Shown piece after piece: positions 29,601 through 39,235 of a stretch of DNA of 64,000 bases. The position numbers and the translations under genes were made by a program. The stretch is from Flavobacteriales bacterium (GTDB taxonomy: Bacteria; Bacteroidota; Bacteroidia; Flavobacteriales_G; JALEGO01): positions 5,588 to 69,587 of the forward strand of contig JAHDCS010000004.1 in the NCBI GenBank assembly GCA_020629755.1, given 5' to 3'. Position 1 is the first letter of the stretch, and each line of letters starts with the position of its first letter. The notes under the pieces were generated by a model. It ran no database searches. It was not told the DNA's origin and saw nothing but the letters and a program-made list of their open reading frames with translations.

Positions 29601-32600
29601 TTGACGTTAGAAGACTCTATCACAGCTCCAGATTCCTTAGAACTTACGCTAAGTAAAGTAGATCCACCTTGTTTTGGTGATGAGCTAGGAGATATAGTTT
29701 CAAGTGTAAATGGCGGAGTATCTCCATACGCCTATGCCTGGGATGATTTAAGCAATAGCACCTCTTCTAATCTTAATGATGTAGGATCAGGCACCTACAC
29801 TTTAACAGTTACAGATGATAATGGATGTTCGGTAATAGGGTCAGAAACTTTAACTACCGCTAGTCCTCTTCAGGGTGTTGCCGATCCAATTTCTTCTGAC
29901 TGTGGTCTCTCCAATGGTGTGGCAGTAGTTGATCCTATATCAGGTGGCGTTCCTCCTTATACACATAGTTGGAACACAGGTGCCACGTCAACCTCATTAA
30001 ATCCTGTAGCTGGAGGAGTCATTTACACAGATACCATAAGAGATCAAAATGGATGTGAGTTAGTTGTAGAAGTGCCTGTTCCTGAAAATGGCGGTCCAAC
30101 AGCAGTCACAACTTCTTTTTCTAATATTAGTTGTTACAACGCCAATGATGGTACAGTAGGGATTACAGGTATAGTTAATGGGGTAGAGCCGTATTCTTTT
30201 TTATGGAATGACGATAATGCCACAACTGATTCTACGGTACAAAACTTAGGTCCAGACACTCTAGTAGTGCGCATTACAGACGATAACGGGTGTACAATTT
30301 TCTCAGACCCAATTATTCTTACCGAGCCAGATTCTATCCAGCTCAACGCCACCCTTATCCACCCAACATGCGCGGGCGCAACCAATGGAAATATTGTATT
30401 AAATACTTTTGGGGGGATCCCTCCTTACACATATTTATGGGATAATGGTTCTGGGCAAGATAATCTTACAGGCGTAGATGCTGGCACTTATAATGTAACC
30501 ATTACAGATGCAATAGGTTGTATCAATACACAAAGCTTTACGCTTAACAATTCAAATAATTTATCAGCCTCTTTAAATGTTACAAATATTACTTGCGGCT
30601 ATCTAAATGATGGGGAAATACAAGCCGTTGTATTAGGCGGAGCTATGCCGTATACTTACCAATGGAATCTAACAGCAAACAATCAGACTACTGCTATTGC
30701 CACTAATCTTGACACAGGGCTTTATCGTGTAACCATTACAGATAATGATGGGTGTAGTGTTATTCAAACAGGTGCTATTACAGGCAATCAACCTATGGAT
30801 GGCACTGGAGTAATTACAAATGCTACTTGCGGAAATACAGATGGATCAGTTGTAGTAAGCCCTTCAGGCGGTGTTGCAGCGGTAGATTATAGTTACAATT
30901 GGCTACAACCTTCTGGAAATACTACCAATACATTAGCCGCAACAAATGCAGGTATTAAAACGGTAGAAATCACAGATGACTTAGGTTGTAAAGACACTTT
31001 AGTATTTACTATTTCAAATAGTGATGGACCAGTAGTTGATAAATCTATTACTAATGCAACTTGTTATGGCGGTGCAGATGGAGAAGCAAGTTTAAATGTA
31101 CTTTCAGGCAATGGCCCCTTTACGTTTTCATGGTCACCAGGCGGTGAAACTACACCTTCTGTTTCTGGTCTTTCGTCTGGTCTTTATATCGCAAGCACAA
31201 CGGATGCTTTGGGTTGTATAAGTGTAGATAGTGTTCAGATTAGTGAGCCAGACTCTATTGCTATTGGCAGCATTATTAATCATGTAAGTTGTTTTGATGG
31301 TGCAGATGGAAACATCACGCTTATTCCTAGCGATGGAGTGGTGCCTTATTCATTTAATTGGAGTAATAGAGAGACCACTCAATTTGTAACAGATTTAAGT
31401 GCTGGGGCAATCTCTGTTACTATTACAGATAACAATGGATGTTCTAGTTCTAAATCCTTCCAAATTAATCAGCCCCTAGAAATTTCCTTGCTTTCAAATA
31501 ACATAAGCGACGTAAGTTGTTTTGATCAAGACAACGGACGCATAGAAGTAAGTGCGCAAGGCGGCACCCCTCTTTATAGCTATAGTTGGGGTAATGGTCA
31601 AACGGGTCCAGTAAACAACCAACTCACAGCCGGGACGTATAACCTTACAATTACTGACGCTAACAATTGTTCATTTACAGACAATTTTACTGTAGATCAG
31701 CCAACTCAAATTACTCTAACTGAAAATACAGTAAACACAAATTGTGGAGTATGTGTAGGAAGCCTTAATGTAACCCCTTCAGGAGGGAGTTCTCCATACA
31801 TTTACGCCTGGTCTAATGCCGGAAGTGTCAATGGTTTTAACGACGAACTTTGTGCGGGCACCTACGCACTTACAGTGACAGATAATAATAATTGCCAAAC
31901 AGACACGCTATATGTTATTAATAATATTGACGGGCCACAAGTTTCAGTTGATAACGACAGTTTGTTGTGTAATGGAGATGACAATGGTGCTTTAGAAGCT
32001 TCGGTAACGAGTATTCACGGCCCCTTTACGTATTTATGGAACGATCCAAATAATCAAACTTCAAACATAGCGTCTAATCTTTCAGCAGGTACCTATCAAG
32101 TCATTGTGTCTGACACGAATGATTGCCCAGGTATTGCCATTGCTCAGGTAGCACAACCAGAAGCACTTTCTGTTGAAATCAATCTTACTGACGCCAATTG
32201 TAATGCAACAGGAGATGTGTCAGCAATAGCGCAAGTAAATGGGGGGATATCGCCTTATATTTATGCGTGGGCAAGTGGGAGTACAACCAATAATCAAACA
32301 GCGCTTTCACCAGGCACTGAAAATATTGCAATTACCGATAACAATGGATGTTTATTATCAGGTTCTGTTGATGTTGTAGACACCAACACCCTTCAAGTTG
32401 AGGTTGATTTTCAAAGCATTACTTGTAATGGTAATAACGATGGATTTATTGCTTTAGATGTTTCGGGAGGATTATTGCCGTATACCTATACATGGTCTAA
32501 TGCAGCACCCGCTTCTTTTAACGGCAATTTATCAGCAAACACCTATTTTTATACGGTTTCAGATGCAGATGGATGTGAGCACTTAGGGAGTGTAGAAATT

Positions 32601-35600
32601 ATTGAGCCTACTGCGCTTACTTTAGATGTTATTGGAAATAACGCAGCTTGTCCGAATGACTTATCAGCTAGTGCGCAGGCAGATGTAAACGGAGGGACCA
32701 GTCCTTATACTTTTAATTGGGCACCTTCTGGGCAAACTTCTCAAATAATTTCTGGAATAACAGCCGGCACGCATGCCGTAACAGTGACAGATCATAATGG
32801 ATGTATCATAGATGGATCGGCTCTTATTACCGAGCCTTTAGCGCTAGATATTGATACGGGCTTTACTAAGCCAGATTGTAATGTAAGCGATGGTGAAATC
32901 ATAGTGACGCCAAGTAATGGAGGCACCCCACCATTTACTTATCAATGGGATGCTGCCGCAGGTGCACAAACAGACTCCATTGCTGATAATTTAGCAGCCG
33001 GAACCTATCTTTTAACTATTACAGATGCTAATAATTGTGAAAATCTTTACACCTTTCATTTGAGTAATAACACAGGGCCAGATGTTGACCTTCAGGTACA
33101 AAACGTAAGCTGTGGCGAAACTAGTGATGGAGCTATTACAGCAGTTATCACAGGAGGCACATTGCCTTATAATTATGTTTGGAATGATGCTTCTACAGAT
33201 TCTGTAAGAACAAATCTGGTGGCTGATTTATACGTATTTTCTGTAACAGATGGTAATAATTGCTTAATTATTGAGTCTGATTCTGTGCGGAATAGTATAG
33301 AATTAGAAATCATTGCCGATCAGAGAAATGTGTCTTGTAATGCACCAAATGATGGGTATGTTCATTTAACAGTCTCAGGAGGCGCTCCACCCTATACGTA
33401 CAATTGGAGTAATGCTGAGACAGACTCAGACATTGATGATTTGGTGGTTGGTGAATATTCTGTGATTATTTCTGATGCAGGCAGCTGTGTAAATTTTGAT
33501 ACGTTTAATATCACAGTAGCAGACCCCATCAGTGTTATGGCTAATATCACTAATGCAAGTTGTTTTGGGTATACAGATGGAGGTATAGGTGTACAAGCGA
33601 CAGGCGGCGTATCGCCATACACTTATGCTTGGAGCAACACCCAAGTAGGAGATACGATCGGAAATTTAGATGCTGCTAACTCCTATACTGTAACAGTTAC
33701 AGATGCAGCTGATTGTCATTACGATACCACTATTGCTTTGTCATCCCCCCCTATGATTACAGCAACCTTTGAATACACCGAAGCAAATTGTAACCAAAGT
33801 GATGGTGAGATTAGGATCTTTACTGGAGGAGGAACAGGAGATTCTACCAATTTTACCTACAACTGGACGTCTGGTGCTGCCACCGGTATTACCAACGATA
33901 CCGTCTCTAATATTCCGGCTGGTTTATACACAGTGGATGTTACTGATAGTTTAGGATGTATACAAGAATTTACGGCAGGACTCAATAATATCAATGCCCC
34001 TATAATTAATTTAGACATCACCGACGAAAGTTGTTTGGGTACGGGTGATGGTAAAGCGATTGCTCAAGTGAGTGGCGGCATCCCTCCTTATACCTACTTA
34101 TGGCACACCGGATCAACAGCAGATAGTATAGAAAATCAAATAGGCGGGCAAATTACCTTTACAGTAACCGATGATAATGGATGTATTTCTGTAGAAGTAG
34201 ATTCAATTGATGGAGGAGCAAATTTAATTGTTGATGCCAATGTGATTAACATTTCTTGTAATGGCACTAATTCAGGCGAAATTGCACTCGTTGTTTCTGG
34301 CGGAACTACGCCGTATAGTTTTAATTGGGCCTCTGGAGAAAATACACAGAGTATTTCAAATTTATCGGCAGGCATGTATTATTATACAGTTTCAGACGCC
34401 ATTAGTTGTGCATTAGAAGATTCTGCTCAGATTATTAATGTGGCACCTATTGACATTACTACACTGATTGACTCTATTAAATGTAATGGGGCTACAGGGA
34501 GTATTTTCTTAAATGCTCTTGGTGGCAATCCTCCTTATGCTTTTGCGTGGTCTACAGGAGGCAACACAGATTCATTGACAAATGTACAGGCGGGCCCTTA
34601 TTCGGTGACTATAACAGATGCCAGTATGTGCTTGTTTGACACTGCTTTTGTGCTTACTGAGCCTACTGCGATAACACCAAATTTTGCGTTTGTGCCTCCT
34701 TCTTGTACCGTTAATGATGGGCAAATAGCCACCACTATTACAGGATCTTTGCCTCCTTATGATATTCAATGGGGTGCTAATGCAGCTAATGCCAATACAA
34801 CAACCATTACAAATTTATTTGCCGATGCGTATCATTACACCATAACAGATGCTAATAATTGTGTTGTAATGGATAGTGTAGGCCTAAGCAATGACCCTGG
34901 GCCTGTGTTAGCAGTAGATAGTATTAAAGAGGTGTCTTGTTATGGTTATGAAGATGGCTTTATTGATTTGTCTGTGCTCAGTATAGATACGCCTTTAACG
35001 TATTTGTGGTCTAGTGGGCAAACGACTTTAGATATCACTGATATTTCGGGTGGAGGATATTCGATTACGGTGACCGACACCTTAATGTGTCAGGCAGTTC
35101 AGGTTTTTGATGTGAGAGAGCCAGATTCTTTAACAATTAGTATTCAGATTGAACATGTTTCTTGTTTTGGCGCCTGTGATGCTACGGCAGCTGTATTAGA
35201 AACAGGGGGCACACAGCCTTATCAATACGCCTGGAATGATCCAAATAATCAAACCACTCAAATAGCAACAGGTCTTTGTCCAGACACCATTACTGCTTTT
35301 GTTACAGACACAAACAATTGTGTCTCTCAAGCAACGGCTGTTATCGTAGAGCCTACGCAACTAGAGATAAATATTTTAAGTGTCGATAGCTCCATTTGTT
35401 CAAAATCAAATGAGGGGGCTATTGATATTTCAGCAAACGGCGGTGTTAGCCCATATACTTATAATTGGGTTGGTCCGGATGGATATACAGCTACTACAGA
35501 AGATGCAAACAATATTATATCGGGAGGCTATACCGTGATTGTAGCAGATTCTAATGGTTGTGAAATAAGAGAAGACACCACGGTTTTTGCTCAAATTGTT

Positions 35601-36347
35601 GTACAGATAGATTCAGTACTATTTGATTCTGTAGTGTGCGAAGGTAATTTAGCCAACTTAACGAGCTTTACGTCTGGCTTTGACTTGTCTTACACCTGGC
35701 TGTATAACGGCACGGTATTAGATTCAACACCAAACATCACACATACTCCTGATTTAGGCACACAAGAGTATGTCTTAAACATTTCGTTTAATGGCTGTAC
35801 AGATACAGATACATCGGTTGTATTAAGTGCTTCGAATCCTATTATAGACGCAGGTGAAAATTTAGCGACATTAGGAGATTTATGTGAAGTGTTAGGCGGA
35901 TCCCCAACAGGACCAAACATAGCAGACTACCAATGGTTTCCCACAGAAGGATTAGATGATCCTAATGCACAAAATCCAGAAGCTTGTGCAGAAGAGAACA
36001 CCCTTTATTATTTAACGGTGACTGATGCAAATGGCTGTGTATCTACAGACTCAGTTCTTTTAGAAGTATTTCCTGATATTGTCTATATTCCTGGATTTAC
36101 ACCCAATGGAGATGGAAACAACGACACCTGGGAAATCACGAACTTAGGAGAATTTCCGGAGGTAATAGTACAAATTTTTAATCGTTGGGGTCAAAAATTA
36201 TGGGAATCTTCTCCCGGATATCCTGAGCCTTGGGATGGCATGTATAAAGGCAAGAACCTTCCAGTAGGGTCTTATTATTTTGTTATAAATCTTAACAATC
36301 CGGCTTATCCTAATCCAATTACTGGACCAATAACCATAATTCGTTAA
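26646..36347 (+). CDS. Giant SprB-repeat cell-surface protein (about 3233 aa) with a T9SS type-B C-terminal domain
   Basis: The signal peptide is MIKKVFVAFGFLFFILGLSISFSQ. There are 38 units of C.G..DG....V.GG..PY.Y.WS...T....L..G.Y.V.V.D..GC. The C-terminus is YIPGFTPNGDGNNDTWEI...VQIFNRWGQKLWES...GSYYFVI. Confidence 0.9.
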   Translation: MIKKVFVAFGFLFFILGLSISFSQVNITSTVPQDVSCFGVCDGKLTITYNSSGVGPFEITATNGAVGYSSKDTTAALTYTIDDLCAASTPYGLQVKDLSTNQSNGGGAVISGPLEIVINTISNTAAQCFDSCDGSITLALFGDGPFNYAWSSGGMGSVGSFTNISESDLCAGEYTITVEDNNGCTTVFDKDDESDFEIPEPLGLSINFNTTDPSCAGEDDGQIIANVTGGTVLGGYTYDWSGSPTGDGTNTITGLVQGNYTLSVTDDNGCPGEASTSLTDPLAIDIDTFITNVDCNGASTGSIRLEVSGGLAPYAFNWSTGATIDSITNQPANSYDVTVTDNNGAGSCPVELTIEITEPTELISGKGEVSIECNGDLTGKAYVSPSGGTPPYDILWINTATTDTISGLAAFSPGYDVTITDGNDCQITETVEVTQNPPIVSDLNFQNISCFGFGDGYVAVDPSGGAGVPFSYTWSVPSGNVDSIGDLSAGTYFVTIEDAAGCELIESQFISEPPAFDLGFSSTDVTCFGASDGAAVSSPSGGTLPYTFTWEDPSSNPLTTVPGSGDSAVADLTGGNGYSLTVTDNAGCFLVETFDVVEDGQLFFNISLTNNICFGDENGLASSNVSGGTLPYNYAWSTTETTPSISGLASGSYDLTITDASACTYDTTIVITEGSEILSNITKVDASCNQCDGTASTALAGGSGTLSHQWTFTDVNGPNQTSNGALITDLCEGTVYIDITDQNTGCILRDSVAIEEPDNIDVNPDSSNVTCVGFSDGSATVTPAGGMPFAGTDYNFEWSTGPGDNSTGATATISGLSAGTYTVSIIDAEPCTTTYTFTIQTESDISLTADVDSAACNTIQDGEIVVHAINGVAPYNFDIGSGTGTDSTFSGLAEGDYTISVTDANTCLKTIDVRVGANVVLEASISKVELDCFGEANGRMDINPFGGSGPYSYIWSHDALLTSDVAAGLSENTYFITVNDANGCELTLEDSITAPDSLELTLSKVDPPCFGDELGDIVSSVNGGVSPYAYAWDDLSNSTSSNLNDVGSGTYTLTVTDDNGCSVIGSETLTTASPLQGVADPISSDCGLSNGVAVVDPISGGVPPYTHSWNTGATSTSLNPVAGGVIYTDTIRDQNGCELVVEVPVPENGGPTAVTTSFSNISCYNANDGTVGITGIVNGVEPYSFLWNDDNATTDSTVQNLGPDTLVVRITDDNGCTIFSDPIILTEPDSIQLNATLIHPTCAGATNGNIVLNTFGGIPPYTYLWDNGSGQDNLTGVDAGTYNVTITDAIGCINTQSFTLNNSNNLSASLNVTNITCGYLNDGEIQAVVLGGAMPYTYQWNLTANNQTTAIATNLDTGLYRVTITDNDGCSVIQTGAITGNQPMDGTGVITNATCGNTDGSVVVSPSGGVAAVDYSYNWLQPSGNTTNTLAATNAGIKTVEITDDLGCKDTLVFTISNSDGPVVDKSITNATCYGGADGEASLNVLSGNGPFTFSWSPGGETTPSVSGLSSGLYIASTTDALGCISVDSVQISEPDSIAIGSIINHVSCFDGADGNITLIPSDGVVPYSFNWSNRETTQFVTDLSAGAISVTITDNNGCSSSKSFQINQPLEISLLSNNISDVSCFDQDNGRIEVSAQGGTPLYSYSWGNGQTGPVNNQLTAGTYNLTITDANNCSFTDNFTVDQPTQITLTENTVNTNCGVCVGSLNVTPSGGSSPYIYAWSNAGSVNGFNDELCAGTYALTVTDNNNCQTDTLYVINNIDGPQVSVDNDSLLCNGDDNGALEASVTSIHGPFTYLWNDPNNQTSNIASNLSAGTYQVIVSDTNDCPGIAIAQVAQPEALSVEINLTDANCNATGDVSAIAQVNGGISPYIYAWASGSTTNNQTALSPGTENIAITDNNGCLLSGSVDVVDTNTLQVEVDFQSITCNGNNDGFIALDVSGGLLPYTYTWSNAAPASFNGNLSANTYFYTVSDADGCEHLGSVEIIEPTALTLDVIGNNAACPNDLSASAQADVNGGTSPYTFNWAPSGQTSQIISGITAGTHAVTVTDHNGCIIDGSALITEPLALDIDTGFTKPDCNVSDGEIIVTPSNGGTPPFTYQWDAAAGAQTDSIADNLAAGTYLLTITDANNCENLYTFHLSNNTGPDVDLQVQNVSCGETSDGAITAVITGGTLPYNYVWNDASTDSVRTNLVADLYVFSVTDGNNCLIIESDSVRNSIELEIIADQRNVSCNAPNDGYVHLTVSGGAPPYTYNWSNAETDSDIDDLVVGEYSVIISDAGSCVNFDTFNITVADPISVMANITNASCFGYTDGGIGVQATGGVSPYTYAWSNTQVGDTIGNLDAANSYTVTVTDAADCHYDTTIALSSPPMITATFEYTEANCNQSDGEIRIFTGGGTGDSTNFTYNWTSGAATGITNDTVSNIPAGLYTVDVTDSLGCIQEFTAGLNNINAPIINLDITDESCLGTGDGKAIAQVSGGIPPYTYLWHTGSTADSIENQIGGQITFTVTDDNGCISVEVDSIDGGANLIVDANVINISCNGTNSGEIALVVSGGTTPYSFNWASGENTQSISNLSAGMYYYTVSDAISCALEDSAQIINVAPIDITTLIDSIKCNGATGSIFLNALGGNPPYAFAWSTGGNTDSLTNVQAGPYSVTITDASMCLFDTAFVLTEPTAITPNFAFVPPSCTVNDGQIATTITGSLPPYDIQWGANAANANTTTITNLFADAYHYTITDANNCVVMDSVGLSNDPGPVLAVDSIKEVSCYGYEDGFIDLSVLSIDTPLTYLWSSGQTTLDITDISGGGYSITVTDTLMCQAVQVFDVREPDSLTISIQIEHVSCFGACDATAAVLETGGTQPYQYAWNDPNNQTTQIATGLCPDTITAFVTDTNNCVSQATAVIVEPTQLEINILSVDSSICSKSNEGAIDISANGGVSPYTYNWVGPDGYTATTEDANNIISGGYTVIVADSNGCEIREDTTVFAQIVVQIDSVLFDSVVCEGNLANLTSFTSGFDLSYTWLYNGTVLDSTPNITHTPDLGTQEYVLNISFNGCTDTDTSVVLSASNPIIDAGENLATLGDLCEVLGGSPTGPNIADYQWFPTEGLDDPNAQNPEACAEENTLYYLTVTDANGCVSTDSVLLEVFPDIVYIPGFTPNGDGNNDTWEITNLGEFPEVIVQIFNRWGQKLWESSPGYPEPWDGMYKGKNLPVGSYYFVINLNNPAYPNPITGPITIIR
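26724..35590 (+). repeat. Array of 38 SprB-type protein repeats (~75-80 aa each)
   Basis: The units were counted by eye from the Cys...GG.xPY.Y.W anchors. No long exact DNA repeats were noticed. Confidence 0.8.
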
Positions 36348-36356
36348 TATATAGTT

Positions 36357-37256
36357 ATGCGTATACTTAAACATATAGTTTTATTTCTTTTTGTGGGATT
36401 AGTATTTGATGGCGTAGCTCAACAGATGCCGCATTTTACCCAATATTTAATGAATAGCTACGTAATTAACCCAGCAATAGCAGGCACAAAGCCTTATTAT
36501 GAAGCTAAACTTAATCACAGAGAACAATGGGTAGGTATTACCGATGCTCCTCGAACCAATGTGTTGAGTGTGAATGGCCCAGTAGGCGATCATATGGGCG
36601 CGGGTGGATATGTCTTTACAGATATTAATGGCCCTACTAGACAGTACGGATTAGCCCTTTCTTTTGCGTACCAAATCATTTTAAATGAAAACCTAAGACT
36701 CTCAACCTCATTGTACGGATCGGTGATGCAATTCGGCATTGATGCTTCTAAAATCACCACACAACCTATTGATGACCCGGTGTTAACCAATGGGCTTCAA
36801 TCATCTGTTATTCCCGACGCAGGGGCAAGTGCTTACTTGTTTTCAGATAAGTATTTTGTTGGTCTTTCTTTAGCTCAACTTACCCATACACGTATTAGGT
36901 ACAAACAAACTGTTACTGCCGCCGAAGGAAGACTTACGGGGCATTATTTTTTAATGGGGGGATATAATTATGATATCAATGAAAACTTTAGGCTTCAACC
37001 CTCTGTACTTATAAAGTATGTTAATCCAGTTCCGCCACAAGCCGAAGTGTTTTTAAATGCGACTTACAAAGAAATGCTATCCGCCGCATTATCTTACAGA
37101 ACATCTGATGCGATTGGACTAACACTCTCTTATACACACAAGAATTATTTAACACTTGGGTATTCTTATGATGTGACTACTTCAGATTTAGGAAACTATA
37201 GTTCAGGTTCTCATGAGGTAATGCTTGGTATTAGATTTAAAAAGCAATATAAATAA
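36357..37256 (+). CDS. PorP/SprF family type IX secretion system membrane protein
   Basis: AQQMPHFTQYLMNSYVINPAIAG is the PorP/SprF N-terminal signature. The protein has a beta-barrel-like composition and ends in ...GIRFKKQYK. It lies 9 nt after the giant gene. Confidence 0.85.
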   Translation: MRILKHIVLFLFVGLVFDGVAQQMPHFTQYLMNSYVINPAIAGTKPYYEAKLNHREQWVGITDAPRTNVLSVNGPVGDHMGAGGYVFTDINGPTRQYGLALSFAYQIILNENLRLSTSLYGSVMQFGIDASKITTQPIDDPVLTNGLQSSVIPDAGASAYLFSDKYFVGLSLAQLTHTRIRYKQTVTAAEGRLTGHYFLMGGYNYDINENFRLQPSVLIKYVNPVPPQAEVFLNATYKEMLSAALSYRTSDAIGLTLSYTHKNYLTLGYSYDVTTSDLGNYSSGSHEVMLGIRFKKQYK

Positions 37257-37262
37257 TAGTCT

Positions 37263-38078
37263 ATGGGGCATATCTTTTATGCCGGAGCGAAGATTAATTT
37301 AGGACTATCTGTTCTAGGAAAAAGACCAGATGGTTTTCATGATATTCAGAGTGTTTTTTATCCTATTGCTTGGCATGATGTACTAGAATTCATCCCCTCA
37401 AAACACACAAGTTTACATATTCATAATACAAAAATAGAGGGTGACCCTCATAATAACATTGTCTTAAAAGCCTATCGGTTATTAGCAGAACACTATAGGG
37501 TTAAACCTTATGAGATTCATCTTTTAAAAAACATTCCTATTGGTGCTGGCTTAGCCGGAGGATCTTCAGATGCAGTTTGTGTATTAAAAGCGATTAATCA
37601 ATTAGAAGACTTAAAGATTTCTCAACAAGAGCTTTTAGAACTTAGCGCTCAATTAGGGAGTGACTGCCCTTTTTTTATGCATAACACTCCTTGTTTTGTA
37701 AGCGGAAGAGGAGAAGTTATTTCTCAGATTGATCTTTCTTTACATGGCTTGCATTTAGGGGTTGTTTATCCAGACATTATGGTCTCTTCTAAACTTGCCT
37801 ATCAAGGCATAGATGCGTTTTCATCACCCTATATAAAAGAAGTTATTCACGATAAAACCAGCTGGAAAAAAAGCTTGATAAATGATTTTGAGTCTTCTGT
37901 TTTTTCTACACATCCTCCCTTAAAAAAAATAAAAAAAAGGATCTATAATTTAGGGGCCGTATACGCGTCTTTGACCGGATCAGGATCAGCAATCTACGGA
38001 TTATTTGAGAGTAAAGAACAGATTATTTCTTTAAGAGCTGAGTTTAAAAATAAACGGGTGTATACACAAACATTTTAG
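37263..38078 (+). CDS. ispE: 4-(cytidine 5'-diphospho)-2-C-methyl-D-erythritol kinase
   Basis: Motifs KINLGLSVLGKRPDGFHDIQSVF and the GHMP motif PIGAGLAGGSSDA are present. Confidence 0.9.
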   Translation: MGHIFYAGAKINLGLSVLGKRPDGFHDIQSVFYPIAWHDVLEFIPSKHTSLHIHNTKIEGDPHNNIVLKAYRLLAEHYRVKPYEIHLLKNIPIGAGLAGGSSDAVCVLKAINQLEDLKISQQELLELSAQLGSDCPFFMHNTPCFVSGRGEVISQIDLSLHGLHLGVVYPDIMVSSKLAYQGIDAFSSPYIKEVIHDKTSWKKSLINDFESSVFSTHPPLKKIKKRIYNLGAVYASLTGSGSAIYGLFESKEQIISLRAEFKNKRVYTQTF

Positions 38079-38095
38079 AACACACCAAAGAGGCT

Positions 38096-39175
38096 TTACT
38101 TTTGAGCTCTTTGATAGATAAAGTAACTTAAGATAATAAACACAATATTAGGCGTCCAAACTGCAAAAAACGGGCTTAAACCTGCATTTGTAGCCATTAC
38201 CATGGTTACTTTAATTAGTAAAATATACGCCAGACAAAACCCTAAGCCTACAGCTAAATGCAGGCCAGTGCCACCTCGTACTTTTCTAGAACCAATCACT
38301 ACCCCAATAAAGGTTAATATGTAAATAGTGAATGGGCTAGAAGTGCGTTGGTGTTTTTCTAGTTCATAAAACACTACATCAGAAGAGCCTTTCTCTCTTT
38401 CTTCTTCAATAAACGTATTAAGTTCTTTAGGCCCCATTGTTGATACTATGTTGTTTCGAGTTCTAAATTCAGACGGATGTAGAGGTAAAGTGGTGTCTTT
38501 TTCAAAGCCTTTTTCTATTTTTTCATGTATGCCATCGAACCACCTTTCAGTGAAATTGATAAGCTTCCATTTATTGTTTGTTGTATCATATTTAAAAGAG
38601 TTGGCATTACACTTGTAGGTCATTAGGTTGTGATGGTACTGTTCAATAGAGAATTTACTGCCTGTATTAGAATTTAGACTAAAGCGTTCAAAATAGTATC
38701 GGGTAGAATCATTAATGGCAATATGCGTATGTAGTCTGGTGACATTAATTTTATGTCTTAGGTATTTGTTTTCAAAATCAATTTTGACTTTGTTGGCTTT
38801 AGGAATTACATAATGCGCCATATAAAGAGAACAGACAAACAAAATAGAAGCGGCAATAAAGTAAGGCCATAACAATCTGAAAAAACTAACTCCGCCGGTC
38901 AGAATAGCAATAATTTCAGAATGAGACGCCATTTTAGACGTAAAGAAAATAACAGCTAAGAAAATAATTAAGCCACTGAACAAATTGCTGTAAACCGCTA
39001 CAAAATTCAGATAGTAATCAAAAATAATTTCTTTTAGAGGGGCTTGTTTTTCTACAAAATCATCAATGCGCTCAGAGACATCAAAAATAATAGCCAAAGC
39101 CATTATCACCCCCAGAATAAAAAAAGCAGTCGTTAAATATTTCTTAATAATAAACCAGTCGAGCTTTTTGAGCAT
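38096..39175 (-). CDS. LptF/LptG (YjgP/YjgQ) family LPS export permease
   Basis: KKLDWFIIKKYL begins the protein. The layout is 3 TM, a periplasmic beta-jellyroll loop, then 3 TM. Confidence 0.8.
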   Translation of the reverse strand: MLKKLDWFIIKKYLTTAFFILGVIMALAIIFDVSERIDDFVEKQAPLKEIIFDYYLNFVAVYSNLFSGLIIFLAVIFFTSKMASHSEIIAILTGGVSFFRLLWPYFIAASILFVCSLYMAHYVIPKANKVKIDFENKYLRHKINVTRLHTHIAINDSTRYYFERFSLNSNTGSKFSIEQYHHNLMTYKCNANSFKYDTTNNKWKLINFTERWFDGIHEKIEKGFEKDTTLPLHPSEFRTRNNIVSTMGPKELNTFIEEEREKGSSDVVFYELEKHQRTSSPFTIYILTFIGVVIGSRKVRGGTGLHLAVGLGFCLAYILLIKVTMVMATNAGLSPFFAVWTPNIVFIILSYFIYQRAQK

Positions 39176-39235
39176 ATCACAAATATACAGCTAAAAGACG
39201 CTTTGAACTCTTGCGCTTTGTGTAATTTTGCAGGC

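Noticed and set aside
26724-35590. I considered whether the SprB repeat array is a recent tandem duplication, an assembly collapse or a recombination cassette for antigenic variation.
   Set aside because: Neighbouring repeats differ heavily at the nucleotide level. I saw no long exact direct repeats, so there is no evidence of recent expansion or a cassette mechanism. I could not do a formal dot-plot.
27086-35920. Numerous 60-85 aa antisense or off-frame ORFs lie inside the giant adhesin genes. Examples are 27086-27316, 28280-28531, 30134-30385, 33392-33644, 34136-34375, 34572-34769 and 35690-35920. 12771-12989 and 14450-14800 lie in the 1395-aa gene.
   Set aside because: They lie wholly within long, motif-supported ORFs on the other strand or frame. 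They have no start context or recognisable motifs. Such ORFs are expected by chance in Gly/Thr/Asp-rich repeat coding sequence.
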